DNA from: an uncultured Candidatus Melainabacteria bacterium
GTDB taxonomy: Bacteria; Cyanobacteriota; Vampirovibrionia; Gastranaerophilales; Gastranaerophilaceae
Direction: 5' to 3'
Assembly: GCA_934754505.1 (NCBI GenBank)
Contig: CAKVIE010000003.1
Location: 51,727 to 115,726, forward strand
Length of the DNA: 64,000 nt
The notes under the pieces are model-generated. The model saw only the letters and a program-made list of their open reading frames with translations, had not been told where the DNA came from and ran no database searches. Position 1 is the first letter of the stretch, and every line of letters begins with the position of its first letter. The position numbers were made by a program, and so were the translations under genes. Positions 26,684 through 35,764 of the stretch are shown here, one piece after another.

Positions 26684-26696
26684 GGATTGTCACGGG
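26684..26696 (-). repeat. partial third copy of the hairpin repeat (3' half)
   Basis: Plus-strand GGATTGTCACGGG compares with copy B GGATTGCCACGAGG. Confidence 0.45.
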
Positions 26697-26710
26697 TAAC
26701 AAGTTTTTCT

Positions 26711-26728
26711 GTTGGGTTTAAACCCAAC
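26711..26728. repeat. 18-bp perfect palindrome
   Basis: GTTGGGTTTAAACCCAAC. Confidence 0.8.
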
Positions 26729-26819
26729 CTACGGACTTTGCAAAATGCGTAAAAACTTGTAAAAATATTACAATTTTGAAATAAAAACAGGACTGTAAAG
26801 AAATGTAAAAACGAATTAC

Positions 26820-26848
26820 TTGACACGGAAACGCAATAACCATAAACT
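26820..26848 (+). promoter_or_regulatory. near-consensus sigma70-type promoter for the pilin-like gene
   Basis: TTGACA (26820-26825), 17-nt spacer, TAAACT (26843-26848). Roughly 80-nt leader to the ATG at 26938. Confidence 0.6.
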
Positions 26849-26937
26849 CTTTAATAGAATAGAATAGACGGGATAGTGTGTCTTGAAAACGGTGTAAAAA
26901 ATTCCGATAATAAATTCAAGGATAAAAAGGATTTATT

Positions 26938-27627
26938 ATGGAATTTAAAAAAGGTTTTACACTTGCGGAAGTGCTTATTACACTTGTGATTATCGGTGTA
27001 ATTGCGGTGATGACGATACCGACGTTAATAAACAAAACAAATGAGCAAGAAACAGTTACAGCCGTTAAAAAAGCATATTCTGTACTTGGTCAGGCTTATC
27101 AAAAAGTTATTGCCGAAAACGGAGAGATAATACCTTCAACACTTGGGGAAAATGCTGTTGATGCTGCAAAAACAATCGGAGAAATGCTTGCAAAACAAAT
27201 AAATACCCAAGAAATTTGCGGAATGGCAACCGATGGAAATTGTATTCCTGAAAGTGGTTATAAGTATTTTAATGGGAGTAATACAAAATATTATCATAAT
27301 TCTGTTCGTCATTTTAAAATGGTATCAAGTGATGGTATGCCGTTTGCATTTTCAGCTAGTAATTCGTATGTAAGCAGAGGTGACAGTGAACACTTAAATC
27401 ATATTATTACATATGCAGTTGTTGATATAAACGGAGATAAAGGACCAAATACCATTGGAAAAGACTTGTTTGCTTTTTATATTACAAAATATGGTGTAAT
27501 TCCTCAGGGAATATATGGTGATACATCACAGCCTCTTTCAACCTGTCGTTCTTCAGGTTTTGCATGTACGGCTTGGGTTATAAAAAACGGTAATATGGAT
27601 TATTTGAGAAAAAATGTCAGCTGGTAA
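26938..27627 (+). CDS. type IV pilin-like protein (prepilin N-terminal cleavage/methylation domain)
   Basis: MEFKKG|FTLAEVLITLVIIGVIAVMTIP class III signal. AGGA SD lies 6 nt upstream. Confidence 0.85.
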   Translation: MEFKKGFTLAEVLITLVIIGVIAVMTIPTLINKTNEQETVTAVKKAYSVLGQAYQKVIAENGEIIPSTLGENAVDAAKTIGEMLAKQINTQEICGMATDGNCIPESGYKYFNGSNTKYYHNSVRHFKMVSSDGMPFAFSASNSYVSRGDSEHLNHIITYAVVDINGDKGPNTIGKDLFAFYITKYGVIPQGIYGDTSQPLSTCRSSGFACTAWVIKNGNMDYLRKNVSW

Positions 27628-27640
27628 TATTTAAACAAAT

Positions 27641-27668
27641 AGCGAGAAAACCGATAGATTTTCTCGCT
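27641..27668. terminator. hairpin between convergent pilin-like and Fe-ADH genes
   Basis: 10-bp perfect stem agcgagaaaa / ttttctcgct with an 8-nt loop. Confidence 0.6.
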
Positions 27669-27692
27669 ATGACTGTATTTGAAAAGATTAAA

Positions 27693-28895
27693 TTACAAAG
27701 CTTTTAATGAATCTCTATAAATAGCTTCAATAATTTCTTTTGAATCGCCTGATGGTGCGATTGCAAGAAGTCCTGCAAGTGATGGTGTTTCAAATGCAAG
27801 ATTTACAAGTTTCGGAACATCTGCTTCCGTAAATCCTTCATCAACCAATTTTTCCTTTACATCTACTGATTGAAGCCATCTTTGAACATCTTTTGCGACA
27901 GATTCTGCTGTTGCTTTTTCGATATCTCCAATGAACGGAGCCAAAATGTAGTTAATAACATCTTTTTTGTCATTATACATAGCTTTGATTACCGCAGGGA
28001 GAAGAATTGCCAAGCCAAGACCGTGCGAAAGATCAGGTTTAACAGCACTTAACGGGTGTTCAAGAGCGTGTGTATAGTGAAGAAGTCCGTTATCGAAGCA
28101 AACACCTGCTATCATTGCAGCATAAGCCAAGAAGTAACGAGCTTTCAAATCTTCCGGATTTACTATTGCTTGCGGAAGATATTCTGCAACCAAATCAACA
28201 ACTTCTCTTGCAAGTGTAACTGTGTAAGGGCTTGCAACTTTTGATGTTGCTGCTTCTACAACGTGGTTTACCGCATCGATTGAAACATATCTTGTTTGTT
28301 TCGGTGAAAGTTTAATCATTAAAGCAGGGTCATCGATTGCGTATGCAGGATAAATGCAATCGTATGCTATTGCTGGTTTGTAGTTCTTTTCGGGAATTGT
28401 TACTACTGCAAATCTGTTTGTTTCCGTTCCTGTTCCGTGTGTTAAGTTGATTGAAACAATCGGAGCAGCTTTTTCAGGTGTGAATTTGAATTCATAAATA
28501 TCTGAAGCTGTTTTATCAGGATATTCAAGCAAAATTGCAACTGATTTTCCTGCGTCGGTCGGTGAACCGCCGCCAATTGAGATAACTGCTTTTGCTCCAA
28601 ATTCTTTAGCCATTGCAGCAGCTTCGTCAACGTGGTGTGTTGTCGGGTTCGGTGTAACTTTATCAAAGTTTATATAACCGACATTATTATCTTTTAAAGC
28701 TTTTTCAACAACGTCCCAAGCACCTGTTGCCTTATAAGCATTTCTGCCTGACATTACAATTACTTTGTCAACGTTTTTAGCTTTTAAATTTTTTAAAATT
28801 TCATCAATTTTTTGAATAGCACCTACTCCGAAGAAAACAGAAGTTCTTGTTCTGATTTCGACAACTTGGTTGATGTCAATATCTTTTTCCCACAT
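27693..28895 (-). CDS. iron-containing alcohol dehydrogenase
   Basis: Fe-ADH fold signature GGGSPTDAGK. About 400 aa with conserved His-rich metal site region. Confidence 0.9.
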   Translation of the reverse strand: MWEKDIDINQVVEIRTRTSVFFGVGAIQKIDEILKNLKAKNVDKVIVMSGRNAYKATGAWDVVEKALKDNNVGYINFDKVTPNPTTHHVDEAAAMAKEFGAKAVISIGGGSPTDAGKSVAILLEYPDKTASDIYEFKFTPEKAAPIVSINLTHGTGTETNRFAVVTIPEKNYKPAIAYDCIYPAYAIDDPALMIKLSPKQTRYVSIDAVNHVVEAATSKVASPYTVTLAREVVDLVAEYLPQAIVNPEDLKARYFLAYAAMIAGVCFDNGLLHYTHALEHPLSAVKPDLSHGLGLAILLPAVIKAMYNDKKDVINYILAPFIGDIEKATAESVAKDVQRWLQSVDVKEKLVDEGFTEADVPKLVNLAFETPSLAGLLAIAPSGDSKEIIEAIYRDSLKAL

Positions 28896-28992
28896 AGCAA
28901 ATCCTTTCGTTTTTGATTACTATAATAAACTATCCAATGTATTATACAGCAAATTTACGAAAATTTTCAATCAAATGCTAATGATTGTAAAT

Positions 28993-29538
28993 TCACGATA
29001 TAAAGTCGATATCGGTAAAATATTGAAGTAAAATCCCGATTAAACCTGCAATCACAAAATAGTATATCGGATTTTTTTTGAATTTGAATGACAATAAAAA
29101 TAAAAATATGAAAAGCAAAAGTGCATAGACATTTTGCACATATTCTTTGAAAAAATTAATTCCGACAACTGTCAAAAGTCCGCAGCCTGCAGGTTTAAGC
29201 GAGTCCAAAATTGCATTTGTCCAAAAATTGTCCTTATATTTTGTCATCATTTCAGAAATTTTTATTACCATAATATATGATGGTAAAACTAACGCTAACG
29301 TTGCAAAAATTCCACCAGAAATGCCTGCCGTTTGAAACCCTGCAAATGTTGCGACATTCACACCGACAGGTCCCGGGGTTATAACAGACACTGCTATCAT
29401 ATCCGAAAGCTGCTTTGCACTATACCAGCCGTAATCGTTTACTATATGGTATAAAAACGGCATCGTTGCGTATCCGCCGCCTACGGAAAATAATCCTATT
29501 TTGAAAAATTCAAAGAAAAGAAGAAGATGTATTTTCAT
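28993..29538 (-). CDS. chromate transporter (CHR) family protein, short form
   Basis: 181 aa hydrophobic, FSVGGGYATMPF motif. ATGA-type overlap with its partner gene. Confidence 0.8.
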   Translation of the reverse strand: MKIHLLLFFEFFKIGLFSVGGGYATMPFLYHIVNDYGWYSAKQLSDMIAVSVITPGPVGVNVATFAGFQTAGISGGIFATLALVLPSYIMVIKISEMMTKYKDNFWTNAILDSLKPAGCGLLTVVGINFFKEYVQNVYALLLFIFLFLLSFKFKKNPIYYFVIAGLIGILLQYFTDIDFIS

Positions 29539-30086
29539 TTTTCACTCCTTTTCTTTTGCAAATATTTATACGAAACCCCGACAATCAATGCTAAAACAAT
29601 AATTTTGGCAGGTGAAATTTTACAATACAAAGACAAAAAAATCGTCGATAAAAATATAATTGACGAAAAAACGTCATAAACAGAGTTTTTCCAAATTTCT
29701 TTAACTGAAAGGTACAAAAGGATTATAACAGCAACGCCTACACCCCAAAAAATACTTTGTATAAAAGGAAATTGCAGTAATTTATCTAAAATCAACGCAA
29801 TTAAAATAATGCAAATTATTGGAGATGTTACTATCCCTAAAATTGCTGCTGCTGCACCTGCTTTTCCTCGAATCTTGTGACCTACGAAAATAGAAATGTT
29901 CGCAGCGATTATCCCCGGAATACTTTGGCTTACCGCATAATAATTAGTAAGTTCTTCTTCCGTAATCCATTGGCGGTCTTCAATAAAAGCCTTTTTCATC
30001 AACGGTACAATGACGTATCCGCCGCCTAAAAGCTGTATCCCCAACAGCAAAAATTGTATATAAATTTCTTTCAACGTGATTTTCAT
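29535..30086 (-). CDS. chromate transporter (CHR) family protein, short form (partner)
   Basis: 183 aa, LLGGGYVIVPLM motif. Paired short-ChrA arrangement. Confidence 0.8.
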   Translation of the reverse strand: MKITLKEIYIQFLLLGIQLLGGGYVIVPLMKKAFIEDRQWITEEELTNYYAVSQSIPGIIAANISIFVGHKIRGKAGAAAAILGIVTSPIICIILIALILDKLLQFPFIQSIFWGVGVAVIILLYLSVKEIWKNSVYDVFSSIIFLSTIFLSLYCKISPAKIIVLALIVGVSYKYLQKKRSEK

Positions 30087-30119
30087 AAAATAATTATATC
30101 ACGAGAAAATTTATGCATT

Positions 30120-30575
30120 TTACAAAACAACGGGTGCTGTTTTTGAATTTGCTTTTAAGAATGAAAAAATATTTTGAACAAGTGCAGGTGAAAATGCATA
30201 GTTGCTGTCTGTCGGTAAAATTTTAATGAATGTATTGTTTACATCTTGGTGTGCAATTGTTATTAAAAATTCTCTTGATGCAACTTGAAATAAAACTGTA
30301 CCTGTTTTAGATTGAACTTCTTTTACTTTGTAATTCATCTTGTTCAATGCTGCCAATGTCAAATAGAAAAGTTGTTCAGGGCTTGCAGTTATTGTATCAC
30401 AGCATTCTGAAACCGCCGCTCTTGTTGCGTGTTGATTAGGAATAACAACCGTGCTTGCTGTCGTTGATGCAGCTGCTATCGTTTGAGGTTCTGTTTGTTG
30501 AACTGCGATTGTTTCCGCTTGAGTTGCGTTTGCCATAAATAACATTAATACTGCTGTGAATAAAACTTTTCTCAT
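30120..30575 (-). CDS. hypothetical secreted protein
   Basis: Signal peptide MRKVLFTAVLMLFMANATQA. TAATG overlap with the polA stop. Confidence 0.6.
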   Translation of the reverse strand: MRKVLFTAVLMLFMANATQAETIAVQQTEPQTIAAASTTASTVVIPNQHATRAAVSECCDTITASPEQLFYLTLAALNKMNYKVKEVQSKTGTVLFQVASREFLITIAHQDVNNTFIKILPTDSNYAFSPALVQNIFSFLKANSKTAPVVL

Positions 30576-33457
30576 TACATCTCCATTAAATTTTGCCCCA
30601 GTGCTATATCTATCTTTAATGGAACCGTCAACGGTTGTCCTGCTTCCATAGCCTCTTTGACAAGATTCTTTACAATTTCTTGTTCTGATTTTACCACCTC
30701 AAGTACAAGTTCGTCATGCACCTGAATGACTATTTTTGAAGATAATCTCAACCTTATGATTGATTTTTGCAAACTTACCATTGCCATTTTGATTAAATCG
30801 GCCGCACTGCCTTGCAACGGTGCATTTATGGCTGCTCTTTCCGCAGCTTCACGTTCTTTAAAACTCGATGCGTTTAAACCCGTGTCAAGCCAGCGTTTTC
30901 TGCCAAAAATAGTTTCCACATAACCGTGCCTGTGAGCATAATCTATTGTATCATACATGTACTGTTTTATCTTAGGATATGTTAAGAAATATTTCGTTAT
31001 AAATTCGTCAGCTTCAAATGCCGTAATACCGAGCTGCGATGCAAGTCCGTATTTTGATTGACCGTAAACTATTCCGAAATTAACGGCTTTTGCCTTGTAA
31101 CGCATATCTTTTGTTACCATATCAACGGGAACTTCAAAAACTTTCGATGCTGTTAATGTGTGAACGTCAATATCTTCATTGAAAGCTCTCATCAAATTTT
31201 CATCTTGCGAGCAATGAGCCATTAATCGAAGTTCTATTTGAGAATAATCAGCTGATAGCATTAACATATTTTCTCGGTCTTTCGGAACGAAGGCTTTTCT
31301 GATTTTAGCCCCGAATTCACTTCTAATCGGAATGTTCTGCAGGTTCGGATTACTGCTTGAAAGTCTTCCCGTCGTTGTGATTGTTTGATTGAAGGACGTA
31401 TGTATTCTATTATCCCTTGCAGAAATCAAATTCGGCAGTGTATCAATGTATGTCGATTTTAATTTTGCAAGGTGTCTTTGTTCAAGAATGTGTTTTGCAA
31501 TAGGAAATTCTACTGCCAAGTCCTCAAGCACTTTTGCGTTTGTACTTTGCTTCTTTCTTCCGTGAGGTTTCAAATTTAATTTATTGAAAAGTATGTCAGA
31601 AACCTGTTTGGGTGAATTTACGTTGAAAACTTCTCCTGCTTCTTTATAAATCTCTTTTTCTATTTTTTCAATTTCTAAGCTCGCATAGATAGAAAGCTCA
31701 TTTAAATAACTTGTGTCTATTGAAACGCCTGTTTCTTCCATTTCTGTCAAAACAAGTGTTGTCGGAACTTCCGTATCATAAAGCAAATCAAGTTCTTTAT
31801 CCGAAAGATTTTGCTGCCAATATCTTGTTAATTCCAATGTCGCAAAAGCATCATCACAAGCGTAATCTGCTGCTTTTTCGATTTCAACAGTGTCAAAACA
31901 TACATATTTGCCTGCAACTTTTTCAAATTCTGTCATAACGTATCCGAGATACATTGCTGCTTGTGTTTTTAATCCGTGCTTTCTTGAAGAATCCTTGATG
32001 TAACTTGCAAGTATTGTGTCGAAAATTAATCCGTTTACGGGCATGTTGTGGTGTTTTAAAACGTGTAAATCGAATTTTGCATTTTGCATTGTTTTGGCGA
32101 TATTTTCATCAGCAAAAATGTCTGAAAGTTCTTTTACCGCATAATCAAAATCCGCCTGTTCGCCAATATTATGGAACAGTGGAATGTAGTATGAATTTGT
32201 AATATCATCTGCATTATTGTCAAATACCACTCTGCCGTTTCTCGCAGAAATTGTATCATTGAATGCAATCGAAATCCCTACCAAATCATCTTCAAGCGGA
32301 TTTAACCCTGTTGTTTCCGTATCAATAGAAATTAATTTTTTCGTTTTTAACAATTTTGCTAAATCCGAGATTTTTTCATTGCTGTCAATGATATGCTTTT
32401 CGACTTTATACGACTCGTTTGTTTTTGGTGCTTCTTGTGCAAAAAGTCCGAGTTGACCGTTTTCAGTGTTTGACACTAATAGTGTTATGGCTTGCTCTGA
32501 CTCGTTTTGAACGGGTGTTTCACAGCATTGAGTGTTCAAAGCTATTTTACAATCTTTTGAAACTCTAAAATGTGACAAAATTTCATCAGATGATTTTAAA
32601 AATGCATAAAACGCATTTTTTCTGAAAAAGTCTAAAACTGTGTTTTCGTCAGGAAGTTCAAGGCAAGTGTCTTGCAAATTGAATGAAATATCGACATTTC
32701 TCTGAATTGTTGCAAGTTCTTTGCTCAAATAAGCATCATCTTTTCCGTCGATTAACTTTTGTTTTAACGCTTTTCCCGAAACATTTTCGATGTTTGCATA
32801 AATATTTTCAAGGGTTCCGAATTCGCCTAAAAGTTTTGCGGCTGTTTTATCTCCGATACCTCTTATTCCGGGGATATTATCAGATGTATCTCCTGCAAGC
32901 CCTTTGAAATCAACTATCTGTTCGGGATAAACTCCCATTCTTTCAAAAACTTTTTCTCTGTCATAAACAACAATTTCGCCTTTTGACGGCATAATGACCG
33001 TAACTGATTTTTCGTCATCTACAAGCTGAAAAGAATCTCTGTCACCTGTTAAAATCATTGTCTTTAAGCCTGCATTTTTTGCTTGCTCCGCAATCGTTCC
33101 GATTACATCATCTGCTTCAAAACCAGCCTTTGTACAAACGGGAATATTAAATGCTTTTAATCCCTCTATTATGTCGTCGAGCTGACTGTGCATTGTATCG
33201 GGCATGGATTCACGGTTTGCCTTGTATTCCGAGTATAAATCAACTCTGTATGTAACTCTGCCGACATCAAAAGTTACGGCTATCAAATCGGGATTAGCTT
33301 TCGTTTCTTTTAATAAATCGAAAATGCATTTGAAAAAACCAAACACTGCCCAAATAGGACGATTGTCAGGTGTTTTCATTCCTGTTCGCTCAAGTGCAAA
33401 ATAATATCTGTAAGCCAATGCGTGGCCGTCAATCAGCAATAATGTTTTTTGTTTCAT
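30575..33457 (-). CDS. polA: DNA polymerase I
   Basis: 5' nuclease N-terminus, 3'-5' exo region, pol motifs DYSQIELR, KAVNFGIVYG and QVHDELV. Confidence 0.97.
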   Translation of the reverse strand: MKQKTLLLIDGHALAYRYYFALERTGMKTPDNRPIWAVFGFFKCIFDLLKETKANPDLIAVTFDVGRVTYRVDLYSEYKANRESMPDTMHSQLDDIIEGLKAFNIPVCTKAGFEADDVIGTIAEQAKNAGLKTMILTGDRDSFQLVDDEKSVTVIMPSKGEIVVYDREKVFERMGVYPEQIVDFKGLAGDTSDNIPGIRGIGDKTAAKLLGEFGTLENIYANIENVSGKALKQKLIDGKDDAYLSKELATIQRNVDISFNLQDTCLELPDENTVLDFFRKNAFYAFLKSSDEILSHFRVSKDCKIALNTQCCETPVQNESEQAITLLVSNTENGQLGLFAQEAPKTNESYKVEKHIIDSNEKISDLAKLLKTKKLISIDTETTGLNPLEDDLVGISIAFNDTISARNGRVVFDNNADDITNSYYIPLFHNIGEQADFDYAVKELSDIFADENIAKTMQNAKFDLHVLKHHNMPVNGLIFDTILASYIKDSSRKHGLKTQAAMYLGYVMTEFEKVAGKYVCFDTVEIEKAADYACDDAFATLELTRYWQQNLSDKELDLLYDTEVPTTLVLTEMEETGVSIDTSYLNELSIYASLEIEKIEKEIYKEAGEVFNVNSPKQVSDILFNKLNLKPHGRKKQSTNAKVLEDLAVEFPIAKHILEQRHLAKLKSTYIDTLPNLISARDNRIHTSFNQTITTTGRLSSSNPNLQNIPIRSEFGAKIRKAFVPKDRENMLMLSADYSQIELRLMAHCSQDENLMRAFNEDIDVHTLTASKVFEVPVDMVTKDMRYKAKAVNFGIVYGQSKYGLASQLGITAFEADEFITKYFLTYPKIKQYMYDTIDYAHRHGYVETIFGRKRWLDTGLNASSFKEREAAERAAINAPLQGSAADLIKMAMVSLQKSIIRLRLSSKIVIQVHDELVLEVVKSEQEIVKNLVKEAMEAGQPLTVPLKIDIALGQNLMEM

Positions 33458-33505
33458 AATAAATATATTTTATTAAAAATATACCCAAAAAACAAGGCTT
33501 GACGG

Positions 33506-35341
33506 TTAATCAGGACGTAAAGTTTTCAAATATTCTTTGTAGCCTGCAAGCGGTGGTTGTTCTTCTTTCAGCAAAACGTATTTGCCGACAACAAGTACGT
33601 CAATATCTGTGAACATAAAGCATTTATAAGCATCTTCGGGAGAATTTACGAGCGGTTCTCCTCTGACATTGAAAGATGTATTTACAATCACGGAGCAGCC
33701 TGTCAGCTTTTTAAATTCTTCAATAATCGAATAATAACGCATGTTTGTGTTTCTATTGACTGTTTGAAGTCTTGCAGAATAGTCAACGTGAGTAATGGCA
33801 GGAACTGTTGAACGGACGACATTTAATTTTTCAATGCCGAATAAATCTTTATCATCTTTATTCGGTTGAAGTTTAATATCGTCATTAATTTGCATTGTTA
33901 AAAGCATATAAGGACTGGTTGTACCTTCTTTTACCGCAAAATATTTCTGTGCATCTTCTTCAAGGCAGGTTGGTGCAAACGGTCTGAAAGATTCTCTTTT
34001 CTTTACTGCGAGATTTAATTTTCTTTGCATTTTCGTATTTCTTGCATCAGCTAAAATACTTCTGTCGCCGAGTGCTCTCGGACCAAATTCCGCTCTGCCG
34101 TTCATGTGTCCGATTATTTTCCCGTCTGCAATGTATTTTGCTATCAATGGGGTCAGCTCGCCAAATTCATCATTGATAAATCTGTATTTTGCTCCGATTT
34201 TATCAAGTGATTGTTTGATTTCTTCATCAGAATACTCTATTCCGAGTAAACTTCCTTTTTGTGCATCGGGTGTTACTATTTTTCTTTCTTTTCCCAAAAC
34301 TTCATAATATGCCCAAAGTGCTGCTCCCAAAGCTCCGCCTGCATCGCCTGAAGCAGGTTGAATCCATACGTTGTCAAAAATATTTTCTTTGACTATTTTT
34401 CCGTTTGCAACACAATTCAAGGCACAGCCGCCTGCTAAACAGAGATTTTTTTCGCCTGACGTTTTTCTGACATTTCGAGCAATTTTTAATATAATTTCTT
34501 CTGTTACAACCTGCAAACTTTTTGCTATATCTGTGTGTTTTTGAGTTAATTCTGCTTCTGATTTTCGAGCTTTTAAATCAAACAATTTTTCAAATTTTGA
34601 ATTGTACATTTTGGTTCCCGTACAATAGTCAAAATATTCCTGATTAAGCCAAAAAGAGCCGTCCTCTTTTATATCAACGAGATTATCTCTGATAATTTGT
34701 GAATATTTATCCTCTCCGTAAGGTGCAAGCCCCATAACTTTGTATTCACCTGAATTTACACGAAATCCGAGATACCCTGTAAATGCACTGTATAAAAGTC
34801 CTAATGAGTGTGGAAATTCAAGCACCTGCTGAAATTTCAGTTTGTTATCTTCGCCTGTTCCCCAAGATGAAGTTGTCCATTCTCCGACACCGTCAAGGCA
34901 GATAAATGCTGCATTTTCAAAAGGTGACGGATAAAAAGCACTTGCTGCGTGTGCACCGTGGTGAGTTGCATAATAAATAGGGCATTTCAGTCTGTTTTCA
35001 AAACTTTTATCAATCGTTCTGTTCATGTGAAGTTTAGTGTTCAACCAAACGGGCATGGCTTTTACGAAAGATGCAAGGCTTTTTTCGGGATATGCAAGCT
35101 GCGTTTCTAAAATTCTTTCAAATTTTACAAGCGGTTTTTCGTAATAAACGACTGCATCTAAATCTTCGGGTTGTATTTTTGCAAAGTTTAAGCAAAAGTC
35201 TATTGCATTTTGCGGATATGCGGGGTCGTGTTTGTGTCTTGTAAATCGTTCCTCGTGAGATGCGGCAATTATTTCGCCGTCTTTTATCAAAGCTGCTCCG
35301 CTGTCATGAAAATATGCACTTATACCTAAAATATATGTCAC
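33506..35341 (-). CDS. carbamoyltransferase (NodU/CmcH family)
   Basis: N-terminal ILGISAYFHDSGAALI ASKHA-like fold and C-terminal carbamoyltransferase domain. 611 aa. Confidence 0.9.
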   Translation of the reverse strand: MTYILGISAYFHDSGAALIKDGEIIAASHEERFTRHKHDPAYPQNAIDFCLNFAKIQPEDLDAVVYYEKPLVKFERILETQLAYPEKSLASFVKAMPVWLNTKLHMNRTIDKSFENRLKCPIYYATHHGAHAASAFYPSPFENAAFICLDGVGEWTTSSWGTGEDNKLKFQQVLEFPHSLGLLYSAFTGYLGFRVNSGEYKVMGLAPYGEDKYSQIIRDNLVDIKEDGSFWLNQEYFDYCTGTKMYNSKFEKLFDLKARKSEAELTQKHTDIAKSLQVVTEEIILKIARNVRKTSGEKNLCLAGGCALNCVANGKIVKENIFDNVWIQPASGDAGGALGAALWAYYEVLGKERKIVTPDAQKGSLLGIEYSDEEIKQSLDKIGAKYRFINDEFGELTPLIAKYIADGKIIGHMNGRAEFGPRALGDRSILADARNTKMQRKLNLAVKKRESFRPFAPTCLEEDAQKYFAVKEGTTSPYMLLTMQINDDIKLQPNKDDKDLFGIEKLNVVRSTVPAITHVDYSARLQTVNRNTNMRYYSIIEEFKKLTGCSVIVNTSFNVRGEPLVNSPEDAYKCFMFTDIDVLVVGKYVLLKEEQPPLAGYKEYLKTLRPD

Positions 35342-35353
35342 TTTTGCTCCTAT

Positions 35354-35755
35354 TTAATATTGATTTTCGTATGTAGGTTCTTTTTCAACGTAGTCAACCC
35401 AATACGAATTTCCTTTTGGTTTATTTAATCTCAATCTGTCACGTTTAACAATTTTTGCAAGTATTCCCATTGGTAAAACCGTGAAAATCCAAGTTATTAC
35501 AAGTGCTATTGATGATAAAATGACACCTGCTGTTTTCAAAAGGAATTTTACAGCTTTATAAACAGGTTTATCAATGTTGAAACCAAGCATGTTTGCAACA
35601 AGCAAAATAAAGAGCATTCCCCATAAAATTGCCGTGAAAATTACCGCAAATTTGATATGTCCCTTGAAATAAAAAATTATATCAGGAACAATAGGAAGCA
35701 CTAACAGCATTAATTTAAACTGTTTTAGGTCTTTTTCCGAAATATTTTCTGCCAT
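35354..35755 (-). CDS. SxtJ-like small membrane protein
   Basis: Three to four TM helices and a C-terminal RDRLRLNKPKGNSYWVDY..YENQY tail, as in SxtJ-family proteins next to carbamoyltransferases (from memory). Confidence 0.55.
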   Translation of the reverse strand: MAENISEKDLKQFKLMLLVLPIVPDIIFYFKGHIKFAVIFTAILWGMLFILLVANMLGFNIDKPVYKAVKFLLKTAGVILSSIALVITWIFTVLPMGILAKIVKRDRLRLNKPKGNSYWVDYVEKEPTYENQY

Positions 35756-35764
35756 TTTGGTGCC

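Noticed and set aside
26303-26826. ORF-track frames 26303-26650(-), 26479-26826(-) and 26570-26752(+) in the non-coding block
   Set aside because: They have no SD and overlap each other. They run straight through the hairpin repeats and palindromes, giving junk-like peptides (HVIARGFASWQS, DHHVAPLLVMT). The composition is not protein-like.
25062-26937. IscB/omega-RNA (HEARO-like) or another RNA-guided HNH system
   Set aside because: The protein lacks the PLMP-type N-terminus, RuvC motifs and the CxxC pairs expected of IscB. The structured block is downstream rather than upstream. No transposon ends or TnpA are present.
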